Positions 26,401-37,500 of a stretch of DNA of 64,000 nucleotides are shown one piece after another (position 1 is the stretch's first letter; each line of letters opens with the position of its first letter). The translations under genes were made by a program, and so were the position numbers. The DNA lies in the IMG/VR virus record IMGVR_UViG_3300048917_000027, positions 1 to 64,000 of that record; one strand, given 5' to 3'. The notes under the pieces were generated by a model, which saw only the letters and a program-made list of their open reading frames with translations, did not search any database and had not been told where the DNA came from. Origin of the DNA: a virus.

Positions 26401-29400
26401 TGAAGTTCGACCAGACTGGTTCTGAGTCATTCGGTAGATTCTTCGCTGGAGAGAATACGATTCAGCAGAAGGCCGGTGTTGCAGTAAGACAGAACGCTAA
26501 GGACCTTTGGGACATCTTTGACAATACTCAAGAAGCAGAAAAGAAGAAGGTATTCGATAAGATTGCCGAAGCTGCCAACTCTGAGCAGGTTGCTGTATTC
26601 AAGAAGTACAAGGAGAAGTACAAGGGCGAGTTCAAGAAGATGGGTATTGAGACCTTCAAGGACTGGACCGATTACCTCAACAGTATCAATCTTGGTGAGC
26701 ATGGCGCAGAGGGAACTACTCTTGGTGTAAAGCTTGGACTTAACGAGTCTGAGCAGAATCAGGTTATGCGTTCTGCTGATGCCGTAAAGGCATTCAACAA
26801 GGAATTCGCAGACTACCAAGGTATTCCAAAGGGCAAGACAACTTATAACTTCGATGACTTGAAGGAATACATTCCTGAATTGCAAAAGGTTCAGATGAAG
26901 CTTGTCTCTGTCAAGAATGCCGAAGACATGTACTACTCAGCTATGCGTGAGCGTTCAAAGACTGGAAAGGCTATCAGTGAAGATGAGAAGCTAGCCACTC
27001 TGAACATTTATCGTAGAATGGCCGGTCTAGAAGACGCCACTTCAGCAGAGCAGATGTTCCAGAAGTCAATTGACAATTCCAGTGACTCCCTCAAGGAGAA
27101 CATGGATGCATGGTCAGCAAACTCAGATAATATCGGAGACTTTGTAGATACCTACAAGACAGCCCTTTCAGGCGCACGTGATGATGACATGGCGCAGGCA
27201 GGGAAGCTTCTCGATGAGCAGATGCAGGGAGAACTCGACAGCATCAATTCATGGTCTGAGGCACGCTCCAAGGGTCTTGACATTGCTCAGGAAAAGGCAG
27301 ACGACCGTTTCGATGCTCGTCAGGAAAGAACTGAAAAGAGATTCGAAGCAAAGCAGGAAGCTCTTGACAAGAAGTATGAGAAGAAGCAGAAGGCGTTTGA
27401 CAAGCGCTGGGATAATCTCATGGAGCAGCACGACAAGAAGTGGGAGGGTCGTACTGATGCTATCAACAAGATGTACGACGCCAAGGTCAAGAAGATTGAG
27501 GATGCAATCAAGGCTGAAGAGGATGCCGAGAACAAGCGTCAGGAAATCTTCGAGAAGGAAAAGACCCGACTTCAGAGAATGGCTTCTCTTGCCAATCAGA
27601 ACATCGACTTCAACATGGCAATCAATTCTGGTAACCTCGATGAGGCTGCCAAGATTGGTAACAACATGCAGGCCGATATCAGTTCTTGGCAGACTGAGGA
27701 TGCTGCGGCAGCAAGTCAGACGACCTCTGAAAAGAAGGTTGCTGGACTTGAGGCTCAGAAGGATACTGTTGAAGCAGAGCGTGACCGTCGTCTAAAGGTT
27801 ATCCAGCAGATGGAAGAGGTCGAGAAGAAGCAGCTTGAAGCACGTAAGGAGCGTGAGCAGGAAGCTCTCAACGCTCAGCGCGATGCTGCCAATAAGGCTT
27901 TGCAGGTCGCTCGTGAGACTGCTGCTAAGAAGCTGCAAATCGAGAGAGACGCTTACAACAAGGGAATCCAGGCACAGCGTGAAGCTTTGCAGAAGGAGAC
28001 CCAGGACAAGCAGAAGGCTGTAACCAAGAAGTACGAGGCAGCAAAGACAGCTATTGAGAATGAGCTTGCAACTCTGAAGGCATTTGTTCCTAGAAACAAG
28101 AAGGAGCTGGATGAGCAAATCAAGAAGATTGAGGCGGCATACAAGAAGTACGGTGTCAATCTGAAGGATAAGGGAGACGACTGGTCCAAGTACATCAAGG
28201 ACAGTCTGAACCGTAACGTCAAGGTTGCAGCAGAACAGCTCAAGAGCAAGATTGCTTGGGACAAGCTTGGTAAGGATGTCGCCAATGAAATTTCTCAGGG
28301 TGCATTCGGTCTTACCATCGGTCAGTTCTCAAAGTGGGTTTCCACTGGAGAGCTTCCTAAGTCTGGCCTGAACGAGAAGTCTGGAAAGAACAAGTCTCTT
28401 GACGCTCACCACGAAGGTGGCCTCATTGGATACGGTGGTTCTGGACGTACTGGTTATTCTGGTGGAAGGGCTCACTCCGAGGTTGATATCCGTGCTAAGC
28501 GTGGAGAATTCATGATGAAGGACAAGGCTGTACAGAAGTACGGTACTGACTTCATGGAGAACATCAATTCCGGAAAGTTCGGAACCGGTGGAATCGGTGG
28601 TTCTGACGGAATGGGACTCCCCGGACTTCTTGGTGCTGGAATGGCCGGTATGATGCAGGCGCTTATCCAGAAGGGTATGCAGCTTGGAGCAGAGCAGGCA
28701 ATGAGTATTGGAATGTTCGGAACTGCAATTCCAGGTGCGGCCGGTATTTATGGAGGTATTAACCTTTCTGCTGAGCAGCTAGGAAATGCAGCAACCATTA
28801 TCGGTGTCGGTAAGGGAATGGGTGCAACAACCAATGACCTTATCGTAGCAATCATGACGGCTATGCAGGAATCCAATATCCGCAACCTTCACTATGGTGA
28901 CCGTGACTCTCTTGGTCTATTCCAGCAGCGTCCTAGCCAGGGCTGGGGTACAGCAGAGCAGATTCTTACTCCTTCTTATGCAGCGGCACAGTTCTTCAAG
29001 CACTTGCTTGCAATGAAGGGACGTAACAAGCTCAGCTTGACCGAGCAGGCTCAGGCAGTTCAGCGTTCCGGATTCCCAGGCGCATACGCAAGATGGGAAG
29101 CAATGGCTAAGGCAGTTGTCGGTGCTACTACATTCAATGCTCTCATGGGCAACGGTGGTTTCAGACGACCTGTAAATGGGCCGGTCTCCAGAGACTGGGC
29201 TCACCACAGCAATCTTCCAAGAGGTACTGACTTTGGTGTAGGCGTAGGAACTCCAGTCATGGCAGCAATGAATGGTAGAGTAACCACTTCTAAGGACCTT
29301 CGTGGGTCTGGTAATGGTGGATACCGTTCATATGGTCGATACATCACCATTGGCAATGGACTCGACAGCACGCTTTATGCTCACCTTTCACAGAGAGGTG

Positions 29401-29792
29401 TAAGCACTGGACAGACCGTTCGTGCAGGACAGCTCATTGGTTACTCAGGTAACACTGGTAATTCAACTGGCCCTCACATGCACTTTGAAACCTGGCGCGG
29501 TGGAAAGGATGTTCCTCCAGGCACGTTCGGAATTCCTGGACTTGCTATTGGTGGAAAGGTCAAGTATGACAACACTATTGCAAACCTTCACAGAAATGAG
29601 GCAGTCCTTACAGCTCCATTGACAGCAAAGCTGGAGAATGGAATTGACAAGATTGACTCAGGAAGCGGTAACACGTACAATTTCACTATCAATGCAGATG
29701 CAATTAAGACTGAGATTGATTTTGAAAAGGTGATTACCAGAACCCTTAACAAGATTGAGGGCAACAAGGGAAGGAGCAGGGTGGTTAAGTAA
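23499..29792 (+). CDS. tape measure protein with lysozyme-like and M23 peptidase domains
   Basis: 2097 aa. Contains Ala/Gly-rich TM-like segments and a long K/E coiled coil. The lysozyme-like motif is AIMTAMQESNIRNLHYGDRDSLGLFQQRPSQGWGT. The M23 motifs are GTDFGVGVGTPVMAAMNGRV...YAHLS...GNTGNSTGPHMHFE. The in-frame sequence upstream to 23403 also looks coding. Confidence 0.9.
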   Translation: MQANLARGMTPAALATNQAAFRNNVRNLGNMTTETMRVASASETYTKSLLKQDITLRQALKSRTTFNQVLREQYQLSRAAAMQWSTNVRGGSTMDLIVPRDAPARLGKFRQTMAAVRAGTISFNTALGETAIKMGLVSQVTSSAAANMVKWGKNTQWAGRQLMVGLTVPVVAAGAAMGKLAYDVESQMTRINKVYDFTVTKDQDAAKNAQETSSLRTNSLVAAKNAAEQFGASMKDTLQVEADLAATGEKGSELIGKTTEVMRLATLGEMDYQKALQTTITLQSVYGDSTSKLAEDFNYMNAVENATSLSIDDFSAAIPKVAAPMKTLNGTLQDAGTLLVAMKARGINAVEGANAIKASFTRVLKPTKQAKDMFEILTKQSLTELTDKTNGEVIPTFQALQKATAGVTGKNRQALFASLFGTQQTTRLQAIVEEMGNLNDETTQVGKAYAIAKQESGQWADSASRELGQFQQSASGRLKIAIETLKVELAEAGKPFLEIAGFIVMGVTKIVQAFNSLPGPVKTFSTIAIIAGAIAGPIVMLVGLFANLAGQALQLGASMLGLIFRFRALLPEQVAARLATMQAGAAMQTQAGQTQALVAVVNELTAALTRATAAQTGLTQATRVGASAGATAPPVIGRPGTITTPVVGPVTTAGGVTRDATGRVMTQAEVRNWQAAQGASTSINNNAASTRRSWQQMGSSFQNVAIAAGFMGVMASDADSMMYTISQMAIGAALIGPMLVGPVTKFAVAIKTLAMPAIAGLGRAAGAIFGRVATMGRAAIGAVSSSVGSLVTKLGGAAAIMGTMLAVALAIGAAWYIINKNVAASRKEQENIEKSSEAWAKTLGFAYTEQQKIVAQGGKNVDSLNDKMNKFKKNNKDAYNDMQKFYDSSEAEKWGRAIEEGVKVRLHGGTKSAAEEATKTALAIMGQRYDNAVFTYKLKAQIDFDDVSAVIEKRLKDAATDMRDATNLKFDQTGSESFGRFFAGENTIQQKAGVAVRQNAKDLWDIFDNTQEAEKKKVFDKIAEAANSEQVAVFKKYKEKYKGEFKKMGIETFKDWTDYLNSINLGEHGAEGTTLGVKLGLNESEQNQVMRSADAVKAFNKEFADYQGIPKGKTTYNFDDLKEYIPELQKVQMKLVSVKNAEDMYYSAMRERSKTGKAISEDEKLATLNIYRRMAGLEDATSAEQMFQKSIDNSSDSLKENMDAWSANSDNIGDFVDTYKTALSGARDDDMAQAGKLLDEQMQGELDSINSWSEARSKGLDIAQEKADDRFDARQERTEKRFEAKQEALDKKYEKKQKAFDKRWDNLMEQHDKKWEGRTDAINKMYDAKVKKIEDAIKAEEDAENKRQEIFEKEKTRLQRMASLANQNIDFNMAINSGNLDEAAKIGNNMQADISSWQTEDAAAASQTTSEKKVAGLEAQKDTVEAERDRRLKVIQQMEEVEKKQLEARKEREQEALNAQRDAANKALQVARETAAKKLQIERDAYNKGIQAQREALQKETQDKQKAVTKKYEAAKTAIENELATLKAFVPRNKKELDEQIKKIEAAYKKYGVNLKDKGDDWSKYIKDSLNRNVKVAAEQLKSKIAWDKLGKDVANEISQGAFGLTIGQFSKWVSTGELPKSGLNEKSGKNKSLDAHHEGGLIGYGGSGRTGYSGGRAHSEVDIRAKRGEFMMKDKAVQKYGTDFMENINSGKFGTGGIGGSDGMGLPGLLGAGMAGMMQALIQKGMQLGAEQAMSIGMFGTAIPGAAGIYGGINLSAEQLGNAATIIGVGKGMGATTNDLIVAIMTAMQESNIRNLHYGDRDSLGLFQQRPSQGWGTAEQILTPSYAAAQFFKHLLAMKGRNKLSLTEQAQAVQRSGFPGAYARWEAMAKAVVGATTFNALMGNGGFRRPVNGPVSRDWAHHSNLPRGTDFGVGVGTPVMAAMNGRVTTSKDLRGSGNGGYRSYGRYITIGNGLDSTLYAHLSQRGVSTGQTVRAGQLIGYSGNTGNSTGPHMHFETWRGGKDVPPGTFGIPGLAIGGKVKYDNTIANLHRNEAVLTAPLTAKLENGIDKIDSGSGNTYNFTINADAIKTEIDFEKVITRTLNKIEGNKGRSRVVK

Positions 29793-30193
29793 TGGCCATG
29801 GTATTTCTAAAGCCCCGCCTGATGCGCTGGAATGGCAATGCCATTACAGACCACAATCGTGGCGAGCTTTCTGTCGATATCGAAAGAATCGAAAAGAAGC
29901 AGCGCATGGCAAATGGCACCATGAGAAAGTATATTGTCGCAGACAAGCGTACTTTCGGTGTGCAATGGACAAACCTACCGCATTCTTCCTCCTATACGGT
30001 AGATGGTTTCTGGGGTGCGCGTCAAATGGAAGATTTCTTTGACGCCACCCCAGGGGCCTTTACATTGGAACTGACGTATGGAGACGGAACTGTGGAAACA
30101 TTTCAGGTCATGTTTGCTGACTTCAACATGAACCTGTCTAAGAGAGGCTATTTTGATTTTCATGAAGTCACGGTATCATTGGAACAGGTGTAA
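29792..30193 (+). CDS. minor tail protein (tape-measure-adjacent)
   Basis: TAATG overlap with the tape measure gene. 133 aa. Confidence 0.55.
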   Translation: MAMVFLKPRLMRWNGNAITDHNRGELSVDIERIEKKQRMANGTMRKYIVADKRTFGVQWTNLPHSSSYTVDGFWGARQMEDFFDATPGAFTLELTYGDGTVETFQVMFADFNMNLSKRGYFDFHEVTVSLEQV

Positions 30194-33100
30194 TGCAGAC
30201 AACGACATTTGAAGTAAACAAGCTATTGAAAGAGGGGTTCGCTGTAAAGGCGATACCCCAGCTTATTGCTGAATGGAATCAGAATCGTTATGCAGGAATC
30301 CAGACGGTAGACAGCACCCCAACAGAATATGATGAGGGTGACCCAGAATACTACCCAATTGAATCTATTGCTGACCCACTGCGTCCCTCAAAGAAGGGAC
30401 TGGTCAAGGCTCGTGCCTCTGTCGAGGGAATCGTTTCCGAATACACAGACAGGCCCGGTGGCATTAGGTATTACCTTGCTGGCCTTGATGACCCATATAA
30501 GTATTGGACATCTCCAGTAGCAAGCAAGCTTATCAGTGGTCAGAATGGATTCTCAAAGACAGTGCAGCCTTACATTGTGTACAAGGTAAGTGCCTGGACC
30601 AATAAGCTGTATTTCCTGTTCGAGACATCAGCAGCCTCACCTGTAGATTACGATATCGATATCACAACCAATGGAACGACATGGACGACAGTCTCAGGAG
30701 ACATTACTCCTGATTCCAGTGGTCGCGTATCAATCTATCGACAGGCGAATGGAACCTGGGGAACAACTGTTTATCGAAACAACCCTATGCAAATTCGTGG
30801 CATCAGACTGAAGGTCAGAACAATCTCAGCTCTAGGAAAGTACCTGGAGCTAATCGAGATGTCTGCACGTCTTGAGCAGGATTTGAGCGACACGCTGATG
30901 ACAAGCACTTCTGAGTTTGATATGGGAACGACAAGCTTCGTCACCCCTCTTGGTTCAGCATCATCAAATACTGCAAGCATTCAGCTATCCAATATCGACG
31001 GTCGATACAACAATACGAACGATACATCATTGTTCTATGGACTCATTGACAAGAACGTAAAGTTTACTTACAAGATTGGTTATGACACGACGCCGGTAGG
31101 CGGAAGTGGCATGGTTTATGTCAATGAATATGTAATGTATGCAGATAGCTGGTCAGGTCAGGGAGAAGAGATTGCAACAGTCAGCCTGAAGGACGCTTCC
31201 AAGTTCTTGCAGGAAATCAAGCCTCCAAAGATGTTCTTCGAGAACATGACTCTTGGACGTATCGTCTGGCAACTCTGCGACATTCACGGATTCACAGACT
31301 ATCTGTATGACAAGATTGACGATGACAAGGCAACCATTGTTCCTTTCTTCTGGACTGACGGAGAGAAGACCATTTGGGAAATCTTCAGCAGTCTTGCTAT
31401 CACGACTCAGAGCGCAATCTATTTCGATGAGTTCGGAATTTTGCAGATTCTCACCAGAGACAAGGCTTACAACCTGGGCAATCCTGTTGCCTGGCAGCTT
31501 GATGGTGTTGTCAATGGAACGAAGCAGCCTGACATTGTTGACCTTTCTCAGAAGTATGACTTCGAGTCCAATAAGGTAACAGTTCGTTATGCCAAGACTA
31601 CTATGTCTGAGACTCAGCAGGGCCGTACTCCAGTAATGGATATCGTCTGGCAGCCAGAAGGAGATGTTGTTCTTCGAAGCAGCCAGCTCAGAGAATCAAT
31701 GACTGACAGCCAGATGTTCATCAGAATGACCGGTGCGGAAGCAGCGGTATGGCCTTACACAGGAATCATCGAGTGTGAAGGAGAGCTGATGCGATATGAC
31801 GCAAAGGGATACTGGTACTACAACAAGTCCAAGGTTCTTACATTCAAGGCAATCACCTCTTCCGATGAAAAGAAGAACATTGACGAGGAATTGTCAGACC
31901 CTGAGCTTGCATTCAAGAACTACTTCTCTGGATGGTTCAGAATTACTGAGCGAGGTCTCTGGAACACATATCCTGCTGCCCACAAGGATGACGCTTCTGG
32001 ATATGGAGTAAAGGTCGCAAACTATCAGGGTAATTACAAGACCTGGACCGGTGGATTCGTTCACAACAAGGACCAGTCAACCATCAGCTTGAAGGCCACA
32101 ACGAAGACCAACGTAAATACATGTTATGTGGCGTCTCGTGGTAGCGAGCTTGATAAAAACATTTGGTACGTGGGCACCAGGCTACGTTTCAGGGACTCTG
32201 GATACAACCATGGCATGGCTGGCATCGCCTTCAATCTCGGTACCAAGGACAAGGGTTACTACATGGAGATTTGTCGAACAGACAGACTTCCTGGTGGCCG
32301 AAAGTACCAGAACGAAATCAACTTCTATATTCGTAGAAGCAATGGAAAGCTGGAACGATTCGGTCCTGACAAGGGCAAGGGAGTGGCTATGGTCATTTCC
32401 AAGAACACCTGGTACGACATTGATATCGCTATCCGAATGGAGAATGGTGTTTATGGAGACCCAGGAGCATTCGTCGGTCACGTAATCGAAGTAGCCATCA
32501 ATGGTGTTCACCAGATGACATTTACTATTCCAGTGGCGAAGAAGGAGCCTCTGACTGGTAGATTCGGTGTATTCACCCGTGGAAGCACTCACGCTGATTT
32601 TGAATACCTTTACGGAAATGGAACGACGGAAGACCTGCATATCGATACGACCAACTTCTTCGACAGAATCAGAGGCGGTATCGTAAGCAGCCAGGCATAC
32701 ACGGAATGGATTTACAAGTGGCACTTCACGAGCCATATCGTAAAGAAGAGAAAGCTATTCCTTCGTACCCGGTACACACAGAGGTTCTTTGATGACTTTG
32801 GCCCTATCTGCCATGAGCTAAGAGAATTCGATGTGAAGTTCGACAAGTTCCCTGCGGTTCATTCAAATCTGTATTTCTCAAACACCACACAGATTGTATG
32901 CCCTGAATACTCAGCAGACCCATTCGGAGCCAAGTTCATTCTGACCAATGCTTATCGACAGAATGCAATTGTCAATGGTGAGGACACGCTGACCTTTGGT
33001 GCAGACAATCCTGTTGAGCAGAAGCTTATGATTTATGGCCGAACTGTCACAAAGGAAGACGAGAAGACAATTGTTTCTCAGAACGATGATGCAATTCGTC

Positions 33101-33387
33101 GTCGTGGTGAAGTAGACACAGAGGTCCAGCCTGACTGGATTCAAACAGAAAGCGGTGCCAAAGCACTCGCTGACTGGATTACTCATCACTGGGCAGATGG
33201 ATGCGATGAGGTAGAAGCTGAAATCTTTGGTAATCCATTGCTACAGCTTGGAGATATCGTATCCGTAAATTATCCACAAAAGGATTTCGACCCGGTAACC
33301 CATAGGTACTTCATTGTCGCTATGACCAGAGGTTATGACCAAGGTTATGAGACAACGAAGCTGACTCTACGAAGAGTCAAGATTTGA
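30193..33387 (+). CDS. minor tail protein / tail-tip hub (Tal-like)
   Basis: 1064 aa, TAATG overlap, in the canonical position after the tape measure and distal tail genes. Confidence 0.65.
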   Translation: MQTTTFEVNKLLKEGFAVKAIPQLIAEWNQNRYAGIQTVDSTPTEYDEGDPEYYPIESIADPLRPSKKGLVKARASVEGIVSEYTDRPGGIRYYLAGLDDPYKYWTSPVASKLISGQNGFSKTVQPYIVYKVSAWTNKLYFLFETSAASPVDYDIDITTNGTTWTTVSGDITPDSSGRVSIYRQANGTWGTTVYRNNPMQIRGIRLKVRTISALGKYLELIEMSARLEQDLSDTLMTSTSEFDMGTTSFVTPLGSASSNTASIQLSNIDGRYNNTNDTSLFYGLIDKNVKFTYKIGYDTTPVGGSGMVYVNEYVMYADSWSGQGEEIATVSLKDASKFLQEIKPPKMFFENMTLGRIVWQLCDIHGFTDYLYDKIDDDKATIVPFFWTDGEKTIWEIFSSLAITTQSAIYFDEFGILQILTRDKAYNLGNPVAWQLDGVVNGTKQPDIVDLSQKYDFESNKVTVRYAKTTMSETQQGRTPVMDIVWQPEGDVVLRSSQLRESMTDSQMFIRMTGAEAAVWPYTGIIECEGELMRYDAKGYWYYNKSKVLTFKAITSSDEKKNIDEELSDPELAFKNYFSGWFRITERGLWNTYPAAHKDDASGYGVKVANYQGNYKTWTGGFVHNKDQSTISLKATTKTNVNTCYVASRGSELDKNIWYVGTRLRFRDSGYNHGMAGIAFNLGTKDKGYYMEICRTDRLPGGRKYQNEINFYIRRSNGKLERFGPDKGKGVAMVISKNTWYDIDIAIRMENGVYGDPGAFVGHVIEVAINGVHQMTFTIPVAKKEPLTGRFGVFTRGSTHADFEYLYGNGTTEDLHIDTTNFFDRIRGGIVSSQAYTEWIYKWHFTSHIVKKRKLFLRTRYTQRFFDDFGPICHELREFDVKFDKFPAVHSNLYFSNTTQIVCPEYSADPFGAKFILTNAYRQNAIVNGEDTLTFGADNPVEQKLMIYGRTVTKEDEKTIVSQNDDAIRRRGEVDTEVQPDWIQTESGAKALADWITHHWADGCDEVEAEIFGNPLLQLGDIVSVNYPQKDFDPVTHRYFIVAMTRGYDQGYETTKLTLRRVKI

Positions 33388-33389
33388 TT

Positions 33390-33417
33390 TTGCTTTGGAG
33401 TAACACTCAGATATAAT
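33390..33417 (+). promoter_or_regulatory. promoter TTGCTT-16-TATAAT, -10 placed 6 nt before ATG 33424
   Basis: The sequence reads TATAAT-tactcc-ATG. Confidence 0.4.
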
Positions 33418-33423
33418 TACTCC

Positions 33424-33792
33424 ATGAGCACAAACAGCAATCAAATCATCAAGAAGCCTGATGTCGTCATCGACCCCAATTTCTTTCTACCACCTGGGGT
33501 CGTTGACGCTCGTTACCCAAACGAGATTGAAGTCACAACAGACGAGATAACTGACGTCATCGATACTGATGACGTTATTGACGTTGATGATAGCAGTGAC
33601 GTAACTCTGGATGAGCCAGAGGAAACCGGTGAAGACAATGACCCAATTGTTCTCTATCCACCAGACACAGCTATTGTAGTCAGCCAGACAATCAGGTTCG
33701 ACGGCTCTGGAAAGCAGGTCGTTGACGTTGTTCTGGAAGTACCAGATGTTGATGATTCAATTCAGGTTGACGTTAGGATGACAAAGACATGA
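33424..33792 (+). CDS. highly acidic hypothetical protein
   Basis: TDEITDVIDTDDVIDVDDSSDVTLDEPEETGEDNDP. Lies within the tail module. Confidence 0.55.
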   Translation: MSTNSNQIIKKPDVVIDPNFFLPPGVVDARYPNEIEVTTDEITDVIDTDDVIDVDDSSDVTLDEPEETGEDNDPIVLYPPDTAIVVSQTIRFDGSGKQVVDVVLEVPDVDDSIQVDVRMTKT

Positions 33793-34586
33793 TAACTACT
33801 CAGGGAAAGTCAGTAATCTTCAGATACCTGGCAGGAAACCTCCCTCGCATTGCAGAATCAATCGCACTCGGAATCGGCTCAACGGCCGAAAACGTAAACG
33901 ATACGGCTCTGAAGTTCGAGGTTGACAGGGTTCCTGTCTCTTTGGTGTCTGCGGACATTCTGAACGACAAGATTATTTTCAAGGGAACGATTCCACAGGA
34001 ATACGTTGGCACCATCTATGAAGTCGGACTATGGTTCGGAACTCCTCCACAGACTTCTGGTGGTAGCACAGTCATTGTCAGTTTTGATTCAGATACAGAA
34101 GCATGGACTCCAGCCACATGGAATACAGCGCTGGCACGAATTGGTGTCGATGCCTTGCAGGTAGCTGGAGGAAGTAGTTCTACTCTGTCTGATATTGCTA
34201 TCGACATGTCTGTGTATTCAGACGCAGACTTCATGTCACTGGCCTACAATGCAGATGCTGCAATCAACAACGTAGCCATTCGATTCAGCACTGACGTTTC
34301 AAATTACTATGAGTACAGTTTTGCAGCAGCGACTGGCTATGAGGTCAAGTCAATGGGCAAGACTGCTTTTACGGCAACTGGAGCACCTGACTGGAGCAAT
34401 ATCACTTCAATCACTGTTTCAGCGACCGGCACAGGAAATGCAGTATTCGATGGTATTAGAGCAGAAGACGCAGATACCATCAGTACAGACTATGCACTTG
34501 TAGCCAGGTCAGTCCTTCCGACTCCGAAGGTAAAGACTTCAGACACTGAGATGGACATCGAGTACGCATTGGAAATCACTATATGA
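33789..34586 (+). CDS. minor tail protein
   Basis: ATGA overlaps on both sides. Beta-rich. Confidence 0.55.
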   Translation: MITTQGKSVIFRYLAGNLPRIAESIALGIGSTAENVNDTALKFEVDRVPVSLVSADILNDKIIFKGTIPQEYVGTIYEVGLWFGTPPQTSGGSTVIVSFDSDTEAWTPATWNTALARIGVDALQVAGGSSSTLSDIAIDMSVYSDADFMSLAYNADAAINNVAIRFSTDVSNYYEYSFAAATGYEVKSMGKTAFTATGAPDWSNITSITVSATGTGNAVFDGIRAEDADTISTDYALVARSVLPTPKVKTSDTEMDIEYALEITI

Positions 34587-37500
34587 GAATTCTTCTAAGA
34601 GACCTTACACCAGGAACAGACTACAACATTCAGCTACGTGCTAATGACGGAACAAATGTTTCCGACTGGAGCAGGATTTTCCCTCTCACTACAATTGAGG
34701 ACAGTCTTCCACCAGCAGCACCTACTGGATTGACTTGGGCAGTCAATCGAACCGCATTTTCCGCTAAATGGAATGCGGTTACTCAGAATGCCGACGCATC
34801 TCCTCTGGAAGATTTCTCCCATTACATCGTAAAGATTGCTATTCCTGGTGGCTCATATGTTCAGGTGAAGACCACCAATACGTTCTACGACCTTGCCTTT
34901 GAAACAAACAAGGCGTTCTTCGGAACTCCACAGGCAACACTGGAATGCACGGTTTATGCTGTGGACCAGACCGGAAACGTATCTCTGCCATCTTCTACAC
35001 TTTCTGCTACCAATCCTCCACCACCTGACCCAACTGGAGTAGTTGCGGCCGGTATTGTAGGTGGAGTAAACATGAAGTGGGATGTACAGGTAATCGATGA
35101 CCTTGCAGCCTATGACGTATACATGAGCACATCAGGTTCAGGATTCACTCCAACCACTTCAAACAGAGTCTACAGCGGTACTGGAAATACTCTGTTCTAT
35201 GATTCAAGCTCTCTCGGTGTAGTTCATTACTTCAAGATTCGCTCACGTGACGTATTCGACAGCATTTCAAACTACGTCACGGTATCAGCCACGCCTATTT
35301 CACCTACTGATGTGGACACGGTTGCCCCAGGTGTTCCAACCGGTCTCGCAGCAACTATGACGACTGATACAAATGACTCCGCATTCGCTGTAGCTTCCGT
35401 GTCATGGACGGCTGTATCTGCTACTGACCTTGCAGGATATAACCTGCGATACAGGCAGACTGGCTCAACAAACTACAACTACATTGACATGCCTGCTGCT
35501 GCCGTCAATGCGACAATCGGTGGTCTTGTCGTCGGCGTTCAGTACGAATTCTCAATTCAGTCATACGACAGAAGTGTAAACCGAAGTGCTTATTCAACTG
35601 CGGTAACTGCGACGGCAGCCAATACGGCTCCGTCTACTCCTGCTGCCCCAACGGCTGCTGTCAATACCTTGCAAATTCAGGTAAACCACTCATTGCAGAA
35701 GGCTACATCTGGACGCCTTGAGGCTGATGTCAGCTACCTTGAAGTGCATGTAGGAACTACCTCTACATTCACCGCAAGCGACGCTACAATGATTGGGCAA
35801 TTGCAGGTTGAGGCAGGCAGCACGTTCGTTTCCGAGATTTTCTCATTCGTCGTCACAGACACGACTCAGGCTCGTTGGGTCAGAGTCATTGCTGTCGACC
35901 GTTTGGGACTGAAGTCTTCCGCATCCGCTGTGGCTGCTGTCACTGTTGGTCTTATCTCAAATACCAATATCGGTGACGCAACCATTACGTCAGCGAAGAT
36001 TAACAATCTAGATGCTAACAAGATTACGGCCGGTACTGGAATTATCAATGCACTGCTTATCAAGTCATCCCTGACTGTAGATACTGGTGGTGTAATCCAG
36101 AGCACTAACTATGTAGCAGGAACAAGCGGATATCAGCTCACCAATAACAGCCTGGAAATCAATGGCGGTACGATTCGAGCAGCAGCATTGCAGCTTCAGG
36201 ACAGTGCCAACATTCACATTCCTGCCTATGCTGACTTTGAGTATGTCCAGTCATGGTACACAGGAAAGATGCTTACCTTCAACGATGGTGGAACTACAAC
36301 TGGCTCTATTTCAGATTCAACTGACGTTGTTGGTAGATTCAATACTCAGTGCCTCAAGCACAACTGGACTGGTGGCGGAACATTCTCACGTGTTTACCAG
36401 ACTTCAAGCTCCAGCGTTTACAACATCCCTTGTGAAGCAAATACCAACTACATCTTCTCTGGATACTTCTATGTGAAGTCTGGAGCCGGTGCAAAGACAG
36501 TCGGTCTTGCAATCAAGCTTGCAGACGGTACTTTCCAGCAGCCTGGTGGAACTTCTAATGTAATCCCAGCGACAGGAACATGGACCAGAATTTCTGGAAC
36601 ATTCAATACTGGCGCTAACACCAGCATGCTTTCATTCGTTTCTCTGTACACTGCTGGAGACGTTTATGTAGATGGTTTGCAGCTAGAGCGACAGATGACT
36701 GGTGCTACGACTCCATCTCAGTGGAAGGCTCCTGGCTCTACGTCAATCGATGGTGCAATTATCCGTACTGGAGAAATCCGTTCTACTGCTGCCGCAAATG
36801 GTCTCGGTGGCCAGCCAGCATGGTCAATCAATGTAACTGGTGGAGCCCAGTTTGGTGACGCCACGGTCCGTGGACGCCTTGTTGTCGGTGACCCAACCAA
36901 CCCATCAGGTGATGGTGTAAACAGCCGTATTCACTCAGCAAATTATGTGGCCGGTACGACTGGATGGACTATCCGTAACGACGGTTATGCAGAATTCCGT
37001 AACCTTGCCGTCAACTCAATCAAGGTAACTGCACTGGACGCTCCAATGCAGAACAACACCTATGCAAAGCTGTTTGACTACATGCAGGACGGAACTCTAT
37101 GGCTCACCAGTGGTTCTGTTTTGCAGAAGACTGACCCTGGTGCATACTCCGCTGAATCTCTATTCGAATTCACTGGACCTGGCCTGGTTCTGAGAAATTC
37201 AACCGGTGTTACGAAGGTCGCTTATGACCCAACAATTCTGTATCGTATCTCTGCTCGTATTCGTGCATACTCAGTAGCTACCCTGAACTCCAATACTGGA
37301 TTCGAAACTGATGTCAGTGGATATACGGCATACGCATCCAGCTTGATGACTCGCGATACGACAAAGCATTTCACTGGCGCAGCTTCAATGAAGATTGCTC
37401 AGAACGGTTCAAGCGTCGGAACCTATGGCTTCCGTTACGCATTGGCTGTAGCCAAGCCTGGATACACCTACACCTTCCGCATGAAGTACCTTCCAAACTC

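Noticed and set aside
27178-27795. 205-aa alternative-frame ORF inside the tape measure gene
   Set aside because: It is Arg/Ser-rich frame-shifted reading of the K/E coiled-coil repeats and has no independent start signals.
32182-32736. 184-aa antisense ORF inside the 1064-aa tail gene
   Set aside because: Same reasoning: it is embedded antisense in a long, co-oriented structural gene.
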